Assembly (NCBI RefSeq): GCF_050920415.1 | Contig: NZ_CP169309.1 | Length of the DNA stretch: 64,000 nt | Strand: one strand, 5' to 3' | Source of the DNA: Escherichia coli | GTDB lineage: Bacteria; Pseudomonadota; Gammaproteobacteria; Enterobacterales; Enterobacteriaceae | In this document: positions 57,622 to 64,000 of the stretch, piece after piece | Layout: every line of letters starts with the position of its first letter | How positions within the stretch are numbered: the stretch's first letter is position 1 | Made by a program: the position numbers and the translations under genes | Notes under the pieces: generated by a model | What the model was told of the DNA's origin: nothing | The model's input: the letters and a program-made list of their open reading frames with translations, nothing else | Databases searched by the model: none

Positions 57622-59321
57622 GCCAGAGAATTACTATTGATCCGGTAACCCGAATTGAAGGGCATTTACGCATCGATTGCGAAATCGAAAATGGCGTCGT
57701 TTCGAAAGCATGGGCTTCCGGTACCATGTGGCGCGGCATGGAAGAGATCGTGAAAAACCGCGATCCGCGCGATGCATGGATGATTGTGCAACGTATCTGT
57801 GGCGTATGTACTACCACTCACGCGCTGTCTTCTGTCCGTGCGGCAGAGAGTGCGCTGAATATCGACGTTCCGGTTAACGCGCAATACATCCGTAACATCA
57901 TTCTGGCTGCGCACACCACGCATGACCATATCGTTCATTTCTATCAGCTTTCGGCGCTGGACTGGGTGGACATCACTTCTGCACTGCAAGCTGATCCAAC
58001 CAAAGCCTCCGAAATGCTGAAAGGCGTTTCGACCTGGCATCTGAACAGCCCGGAAGAGTTCACTAAAGTTCAGAACAAGATCAAAGATCTGGTTGCCAGC
58101 GGTCAGTTGGGTATTTTCGCTAATGGCTACTGGGGGCACCCGGCAATGAAACTGCCGCCGGAAGTGAACCTGATTGCGGTAGCGCACTACCTGCAGGCGC
58201 TGGAGTGCCAGCGTGACGCTAACCGCGTCGTGGCGCTGCTGGGCGGTAAAACGCCGCACATTCAGAACCTGGCGGTAGGCGGTGTCGCGAACCCAATCAA
58301 CCTCGACGGTTTGGGCGTGCTGAACCTTGAGCGCCTGATGTACATCAAGTCTTTCATCGACAAACTGAGCGACTTTGTTGAGCAGGTTTACAAGGTTGAT
58401 ACCGCAGTTATCGCCGCGTTCTACCCGGAATGGCTGACGCGCGGTAAAGGTGCGGTGAACTACCTGAGCGTGCCGGAATTCCCGACCGACAGCAAAAATG
58501 GTAGCTTCCTGTTCCCGGGCGGCTACATCCAGAATGCCGATCTGTCGACTTACCGTCCGATCACTTCTCATTCCGATGAATACCTGATCAAAGGGATTCA
58601 GGAAAGCGCGAAGCACTCCTGGTATAAAGACGAAGCGCCGCAGGCACCGTGGGAAGGTACCACCATTCCGGCTTACGACGGTTGGTCTGACGACGGTAAA
58701 TATTCCTGGGTGAAATCACCGACTTTCTACGGCAAAACGGTAGAAGTGGGTCCGCTGGCTAACATGCTGGTGAAACTGGCGGCAGGTCGCGAATCTACCC
58801 AAAACAAACTGAATGAAATCGTTGCGATTTATCAGAAACTGACTGGCAACACGCTGGAAGTGGCGCAGCTGCACTCCACGCTGGGCCGTATCATTGGTCG
58901 TACCGTTCACTGCTGCGAATTGCAGGATATCCTGCAAAATCAATACAGTGCACTGATCACCAATATCGGCAAAGGCGATCACACCACCTTTGTTAAGCCG
59001 AACATTCCGGCAACGGGTGAGTTCAAAGGCGTTGGCTTCCTTGAAGCACCGCGCGGTATGCTCTCTCACTGGATGGTGATCAAAGACGGTATTATCAGTA
59101 ACTACCAGGCAGTTGTTCCATCAACCTGGAACTCTGGCCCGCGTAACTTCAATGACGACGTTGGTCCTTACGAACAGTCGCTGGTGGGCACGCCGGTTGC
59201 TGATCCGAATAAACCGCTGGAAGTGGTGCGAACCATTCACTCCTTTGACCCGTGCATGGCCTGTGCGGTACACGTAGTGGATGCCGACGGCAACGAAGTG
59301 GTTTCAGTGAAGGTACTGTAA
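57618..59321 (+). CDS. hybC: Hydrogenase 2 [NiFe] large subunit
   Basis: 567-aa ORF; N-terminal RICGVC and C-terminal DPCMACAVH nickel-binding motifs. Confidence 0.95.
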   Translation: MSQRITIDPVTRIEGHLRIDCEIENGVVSKAWASGTMWRGMEEIVKNRDPRDAWMIVQRICGVCTTTHALSSVRAAESALNIDVPVNAQYIRNIILAAHTTHDHIVHFYQLSALDWVDITSALQADPTKASEMLKGVSTWHLNSPEEFTKVQNKIKDLVASGQLGIFANGYWGHPAMKLPPEVNLIAVAHYLQALECQRDANRVVALLGGKTPHIQNLAVGGVANPINLDGLGVLNLERLMYIKSFIDKLSDFVEQVYKVDTAVIAAFYPEWLTRGKGAVNYLSVPEFPTDSKNGSFLFPGGYIQNADLSTYRPITSHSDEYLIKGIQESAKHSWYKDEAPQAPWEGTTIPAYDGWSDDGKYSWVKSPTFYGKTVEVGPLANMLVKLAAGRESTQNKLNEIVAIYQKLTGNTLEVAQLHSTLGRIIGRTVHCCELQDILQNQYSALITNIGKGDHTTFVKPNIPATGEFKGVGFLEAPRGMLSHWMVIKDGIISNYQAVVPSTWNSGPRNFNDDVGPYEQSLVGTPVADPNKPLEVVRTIHSFDPCMACAVHVVDADGNEVVSVKVL

Positions 59322-59815
59322 TGCGTATTTTAGTCTTAGGGGTTGGCAATATTTTGCTGACCGATGAAGCCATCGGTGTGCGGATTGTCGAAGCGTTAGA
59401 GCAACGATACATTCTGCCGGATTATGTTGAGATCCTCGATGGCGGCACGGCGGGAATGGAGCTGCTTGGCGACATGGCAAATCGCGATCATCTGATTATC
59501 GCCGATGCCATTGTGTCGAAAAAGAACGCGCCGGGAACGATGATGATCCTGCGGGATGAAGAAGTTCCGGCGTTGTTTACCAACAAAATCTCTCCGCATC
59601 AGCTTGGCCTGGCTGACGTATTGTCGGCCCTGCGCTTCACCGGCGAGTTTCCGAAAAAGCTGACCCTGGTCGGCGTGATCCCGGAATCGCTGGAGCCGCA
59701 CATCGGCTTGACGCCGACGGTCGAAGCGATGATTGAACCTGCGCTTGAGCAGGTTCTGGTTGCGCTGCGCGAATCAGGCGTGGAAGCCATCCCACGGGAG
59801 GCGACTCATGAATGA
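59321..59815 (+). CDS. hybD: Hydrogenase 2 maturation endopeptidase
   Basis: 164 aa from MRILVLGVGNILLTDE; ATG overlaps hybC stop (TAATG). Confidence 0.85.
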   Translation: MRILVLGVGNILLTDEAIGVRIVEALEQRYILPDYVEILDGGTAGMELLGDMANRDHLIIADAIVSKKNAPGTMMILRDEEVPALFTNKISPHQLGLADVLSALRFTGEFPKKLTLVGVIPESLEPHIGLTPTVEAMIEPALEQVLVALRESGVEAIPREATHE

Positions 59816-60296
59816 AGAGATAGCAGGTTTTCAGACCTCCCCGAAGGCGCAAGTACAGGCAGCGTTTGAAGAAATTGCCCGGCGTTCGATGCACGATCTC
59901 TCTTTTCTGCATCCTTCAATGCCGGTGTATGTTTCTGACTTTACGCTGTTCGAAGGTCAGTGGACGGGGTGTGTGATCACCCCGTGGATGCTGAGTGCAG
60001 TTATCTTCCCCGGCCCGGATCAACTCTGGCCGCTGCGCAAAGTGAGTGAAAAAATCGGTCTGCAACTGCCGTATGGCACCATGACCTTTACCGTTGGCGA
60101 ACTGGACGGTGTTTCGCAATATCTCTCCTGCTCGCTGATGTCGCCGCTTTCGCACAGCATGTCGATTGAAGAGGGCCAACGGCTGACGGATGACTGCGCG
60201 CGGATGATCCTTTCGCTGCCGGTCACCAATCCGGATGTACCACACGCAGGGCGTCGTGCCCTGCTATTTGGCCGCAGGAGTGGCGAAAATGCATGA
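59808..60296 (+). CDS. hybE: Hydrogenase 2-specific chaperone
   Basis: 162 aa from MNEEIAGFQTSPKAQ; overlaps hybD end. Confidence 0.8.
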   Translation: MNEEIAGFQTSPKAQVQAAFEEIARRSMHDLSFLHPSMPVYVSDFTLFEGQWTGCVITPWMLSAVIFPGPDQLWPLRKVSEKIGLQLPYGTMTFTVGELDGVSQYLSCSLMSPLSHSMSIEEGQRLTDDCARMILSLPVTNPDVPHAGRRALLFGRRSGENA

Positions 60297-60630
60297 GTTG
60301 TCGCTTTGCCAAAGCGCCGTTGAAATTATCCAACGGCAGGCGGAGCAGCATGATGTTAAGCGCGTCACCGCCGTGTGGCTGGAAATTGGCGCGCTATCCT
60401 GCGTTGAGGAGAGCGCCGTCCGTTTTAGTTTTGAAATTGTCTGCCACGGAACGGTGGCGCAAGGGTGCGATTTACATATCGTCTATAAACCCGCCCAGGC
60501 CTGGTGCTGGGATTGTAGCCAGGTAGTGGAGATTCATCAGCACGATGCGCAATGCCCGCTCTGTCACGGTGAGCGGTTGCGCGTCGATACCGGCGATTCG
60601 CTAATCGTCAAAAGTATTGAAGTTGAATAA
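60289..60630 (+). CDS. hybF: Hydrogenase nickel incorporation protein (HypA-like)
   Basis: 113 aa from MHELSLCQSAVEII; zinc-finger CxxC...CxxC. Confidence 0.85.
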   Translation: MHELSLCQSAVEIIQRQAEQHDVKRVTAVWLEIGALSCVEESAVRFSFEIVCHGTVAQGCDLHIVYKPAQAWCWDCSQVVEIHQHDAQCPLCHGERLRVDTGDSLIVKSIEVE

Positions 60631-60642
60631 CCGGAGTTAACA

Positions 60643-60891
60643 ATGTGTATTGGCGTTCCAGGCCAGGTGCTGGCTGTCGGTGAAGATATTCACCAGCTTG
60701 CGCAGGTTGAAGTATGTGGTATCAAGCGCGACGTGAATATCGCCCTGATTTGTGAAGGTAATCCTGCCGATCTGCTGGGCCAGTGGGTACTGGTACACGT
60801 CGGATTTGCCATGAGCATCATCGACGAAGATGAAGCCAAAGCCACATTAGACGCACTGCGCCAAATGGATTACGACATTACCAGCGCGTGA
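60643..60891 (+). CDS. hybG: Hydrogenase maturation chaperone (HypC-like)
   Basis: 82-aa ORF starting MCIGVPGQV. Confidence 0.85.
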
Positions 60892-60899
60892 TGATTAGC

Positions 60900-60990
60900 T
60901 TTTGTAGGCCTGATAAGACGCGGCTGCATCGCATCAGGCATTGTGCACGATTGCCGGATGCGGCGTGAACGCCTTATCCGGCCTGGATGG
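60900..60990. repeat. REP elements / BIME between hybG and yghU
   Basis: GTAGGCCTGATAAGACGCGGCTGCATCGCATCAGGCA and TTGCCGGATGCGGCGTGAACGCCTTATCCGGCCTGG. Confidence 0.6.
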
Positions 60991-61013
60991 CTTGCTGCGA
61001 CGAACACCAACCC

Positions 61014-61880
61014 TTACCCCTGACGCTTATCTTCCGTATTCGTCTCGAAATCACTGGCGTCATGGCGCTCATGCAACTGCTCATTCAGCGGTCCGTTGGT
61101 GCGGTTAACAATACGCCCACGCTTCACCGCCGGACGCTCGCCTACTTCTTTCGCCCAGCGTTGTACATGCTTATAACTGCCCGCATCAAGAAACTCTGCG
61201 GCATCATACACACCACCTAACACAACGTTGCCAAACCACGGCCAGATTGCCATATCCGCAATGGTGTACTCATCGCCCGCAACAAACTTATGCTGTGCCA
61301 GTTGCTTATCCAGCACGTCGAGCAGGCGCTTGGCTTCCATGGTAAAGCGGTTGATGGCGTATTCAATTTTCACCGGCGCGTAATGGTAAAAGTGACCAAA
61401 ACCACCGCCGAGGAACGGCGCGGCACCCTGTAACCAGAACAGCCAGTTCATTGCTTCAGTACGTTTCGCCAGATCCTGCGGCAGGAAGTAGCCAAATTTC
61501 TCCGCCAGATAAAGCAGAATCGATCCAGACTCAAACACGCGGATCGGCGGAGTATGGGTATGATCGCGTAGCGCCGGGATCTTCGAGTTTGGGTTCACTT
61601 CGACAAAGCCGCTGGAGAATTGATCGCCATCGCCAATACGAATCAGCCAGGCGTCGTACTCTGCACCAGTAACGCCCAGCGCCAGCAGCTCCTCAAGCAT
61701 AATTGTCACTTTCTGACCGTTTGGCGTGCCCAGAGAATAGAGCTGCAACGGGTGCTTGCCCACCGGCAGCGTTTTCTCATGCGTTGGACCAGAAACCGGG
61801 CGATTGATATTGGCGAACGCGCCGCCAGCGGATTTATCCCACGTCCAGACTTTCGCGGGCTGATAAGTATTGTCTGTCAT
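61014..61880 (-). CDS. yghU: GST-like disulfide-bond reductase
   Basis: 288 aa from MTDNTYQPAKVWTWD (track ORF starts at an upstream GTG). Confidence 0.85.
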   Translation of the reverse strand: MTDNTYQPAKVWTWDKSAGGAFANINRPVSGPTHEKTLPVGKHPLQLYSLGTPNGQKVTIMLEELLALGVTGAEYDAWLIRIGDGDQFSSGFVEVNPNSKIPALRDHTHTPPIRVFESGSILLYLAEKFGYFLPQDLAKRTEAMNWLFWLQGAAPFLGGGFGHFYHYAPVKIEYAINRFTMEAKRLLDVLDKQLAQHKFVAGDEYTIADMAIWPWFGNVVLGGVYDAAEFLDAGSYKHVQRWAKEVGERPAVKRGRIVNRTNGPLNEQLHERHDASDFETNTEDKRQG

Positions 61881-62084
61881 AGTGAGTTGCCTTCTGAGTG
61901 GTAGTGTTGAAGCAGTGTAGCAGGTCACTTGCTGTACAGAATGTGAATTTTTTAACCCTTTGCGCCAGCCGCTGCGATGAGGTGTATGATTAGTCTGACC
62001 TCTGTCCGGTTAATGTCGCTGAGCAGGTAATCAGAGCACAACAATTACGCCAACTGCTTAGGTTGTATTGTTAAAGGTAAAGTG

Positions 62085-63944
62085 ATGAGCAAAGGAACGA
62101 CCAGCCAGGATGCCCCGTTCGGGACATTATTGGGCTACGCCCCAGGTGGGGTAGCAATCTACTCTTCAGATTACAGTTCTCTCGATCCGCAGGAATACGA
62201 AGATGACGCCGTATTCCGTAGCTATATCGACGACGAATATATGGGCCACAAATGGCAATGCGTTGAATTTGCTCGCCGTTTTCTCTTTCTGAATTACGGT
62301 GTGGTCTTCACTGACGTGGGTATGGCGTGGGAGATTTTCTCGCTGCGCTTCCTGCGTGAAGTGGTTAATGACAACATCCTGCCATTGCAGGCATTTCCTA
62401 ACGGCTCGCCGCGTGCGCCGGTCGCGGGTGCGCTTCTTATCTGGGATAAAGGCGGTGAATTTAAAGACACTGGCCATGTCGCCATCATTACTCAATTGCA
62501 TGGCAACAAAGTCCGTATTGCGGAACAGAACGTGATTCATTCCCCGTTACCGCAAGGGCAACAGTGGACACGCGAGCTGGAGATGGTGGTCGAAAACGGC
62601 TGCTATACCCTTAAAGACACGTTTGATGACACCACCATTCTGGGCTGGATGATCCAGACGGAAGATACCGACTACAGCTTACCGCAGCCGGAAATTGCAG
62701 GCGAGCTGCTGAAAATCAGCGGAGCGCGTCTGGAAAACAAAGGTCAGTTTGACGGTAAATGGCTGGATGAAAAAGATCCGCTACAAAATGCCTACGTGCA
62801 GGCCAACGGTCAGGTGATCAATCAGGATCCGTATCATTACTACACCATTACCGAGAGCGCAGAGCAGGAGCTGATTAAAGCCACCAACGAGCTGCACCTG
62901 ATGTATCTTCACGCAACCGACAAGGTGCTAAAAGATGACAACCTGCTGGCGCTGTTCGACATTCCGAAAATCCTCTGGCCACGTTTGCGTCTCTCCTGGC
63001 AGCGTCGCCGTCACCATATGATCACCGGTCGTATGGATTTCTGCATGGACGAACGTGGCCTGAAGGTCTACGAATACAACGCCGATTCCGCCTCCTGTCA
63101 TACCGAAGCGGGCTTGATCCTCGAACGTTGGGCGGAGCAGGGCTATAAAGGCAACGGCTTCAATCCTGCGGAAGGGCTGATTAACGAACTGGCTGGTGCC
63201 TGGAAACACAGTCGTGCACGTCCGTTTGTCCATATCATGCAGGACAAAGATATCGAGGAAAACTATCACGCGCAGTTTATGGAGCAGGCGCTGCACCAGG
63301 CGGGCTTTGAAACGCGTATCTTGCGTGGGTTGGATGAACTGGGCTGGGATGCTGCCGGGCAACTGATTGATGGGGAAGGGCGACAGGTTAACTGTGTGTG
63401 GAAAACCTGGGCGTGGGAAACCGCGTTTGATCAGATTCGTGAAGTTAGCGACCGTGAGTTTGCTGCGGTGCCGATCCGTACCGGTCATCCGCAAAATGAA
63501 GTGCGTTTAATTGACGTATTGCTGCGCCCGGAAGTGCTGGTCTTTGAGCCGCTGTGGACGGTGATCCCCGGCAACAAAGCGATTCTGCCGATCCTCTGGT
63601 CGCTGTTCCCGCACCATCGTTACCTGCTGGATACCGATTTCTCCGTGAATGATGAACTGGTGAAAACCGGTTACGCCGTGAAGCCGATTGCCGGTCGCTG
63701 TGGCAGCAATATCGACCTTGTCAGCCATCATGAAGAGGTGCTGGACAAAACCAGCGGTAAATTTGCCGAGCAGAAAAACATTTACCAGCAACTGTGGTGC
63801 TTGCCGAAAGTGGACGGTAAATACATCCAGGTATGTACTTTCACCGTTGGCGGCAACTACGGCGGTACTTGCTTGCGCGGTGATGAATCACTGGTCATCA
63901 AAAAAGAGAGTGATATTGAACCGTTAATTGTGGTGAAAGAGTAA
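62085..63944 (+). CDS. gss: Bifunctional glutathionylspermidine amidase / synthetase
   Basis: 619 aa from MSKGTTSQDAPFG; N-terminal CHAP-like amidase, C-terminal ATP-grasp synthetase. Confidence 0.9.
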   Translation: MSKGTTSQDAPFGTLLGYAPGGVAIYSSDYSSLDPQEYEDDAVFRSYIDDEYMGHKWQCVEFARRFLFLNYGVVFTDVGMAWEIFSLRFLREVVNDNILPLQAFPNGSPRAPVAGALLIWDKGGEFKDTGHVAIITQLHGNKVRIAEQNVIHSPLPQGQQWTRELEMVVENGCYTLKDTFDDTTILGWMIQTEDTDYSLPQPEIAGELLKISGARLENKGQFDGKWLDEKDPLQNAYVQANGQVINQDPYHYYTITESAEQELIKATNELHLMYLHATDKVLKDDNLLALFDIPKILWPRLRLSWQRRRHHMITGRMDFCMDERGLKVYEYNADSASCHTEAGLILERWAEQGYKGNGFNPAEGLINELAGAWKHSRARPFVHIMQDKDIEENYHAQFMEQALHQAGFETRILRGLDELGWDAAGQLIDGEGRQVNCVWKTWAWETAFDQIREVSDREFAAVPIRTGHPQNEVRLIDVLLRPEVLVFEPLWTVIPGNKAILPILWSLFPHHRYLLDTDFSVNDELVKTGYAVKPIAGRCGSNIDLVSHHEEVLDKTSGKFAEQKNIYQQLWCLPKVDGKYIQVCTFTVGGNYGGTCLRGDESLVIKKESDIEPLIVVKE

Positions 63945-63958
63945 TACATGTTGTAGCA

Positions 63959-63994
63959 ACCCCGTACTGATTATGAAGAATAGTCAGTACGGGG
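63959..63994 (+). terminator. Hairpin after gss (possible terminator)
   Basis: CCCCGTACTGAttatgaagaaTAGTCAGTACGGGG, 11-bp perfect stem. Confidence 0.5.
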
Positions 63995-64000
63995 ATTAAT

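Noticed and set aside
57666-58616. 316-aa minus-strand ORF inside hybC
   Set aside because: Antisense shadow ORF within the hydrogenase large subunit gene; no start context or protein-like composition

Overview
Enterobacterial, E. coli-like chromosomal segment, densely packed with recognisable core genes. In window orientation it runs: ygiF-glnE-hldE, yqiJ-yqiK, glgS, ubiK/ribB (with FMN riboswitch), a complete ygiL-yqiGHI chaperone-usher fimbrial operon, zupT, ygiD, tolC-ygiBC, nudF-yqiB-cpdA-yqiA-parE, ygiN/mdaB, ygiZ, qseBC, ygiW/ygiV, parC-plsC-ftsP, ygiQ, yqhH/yqhG/dkgA/yqhD/yqhC, yghB, metC, exbBD, yghA, yqhA, gpr, yghX/yghW, the hybOABCDEFG hydrogenase-2 operon, yghU and gss. No rRNA, tRNA or CRISPR array was seen. 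Gene names are assigned from remembered protein sequences and gene order, not from a database search. Many track ORFs carry spurious 5' extensions; starts were trimmed by codon arithmetic to the most plausible Met. Notable content: (1) a roughly 2.4 kb visibly AT-rich insertion between ftsP and ygiQ encoding a polytopic membrane protein with ankyrin-like repeats, followed by a 5'-truncated, amber-interrupted paralogue; this is the best candidate for an uncharacterised module. (2) A tandemly duplicated ~370 bp unit between hldE and yqiK carrying two 19-codon Ibs-type toxin ORFs with antisense Sib-type sRNAs (type I toxin-antitoxin), which the ORF track misses. (3) An IS200/IS605-family element with divergent tnpA and tnpB, cut by the window edge and abutting ygiF. 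(4) Tandem Lpp-like lipoproteins, several perfect palindromes in divergent promoter regions, and bidirectional terminators shared by convergent genes. Coordinates of hairpins and motifs are read by eye and may be off by 1-2 nt.
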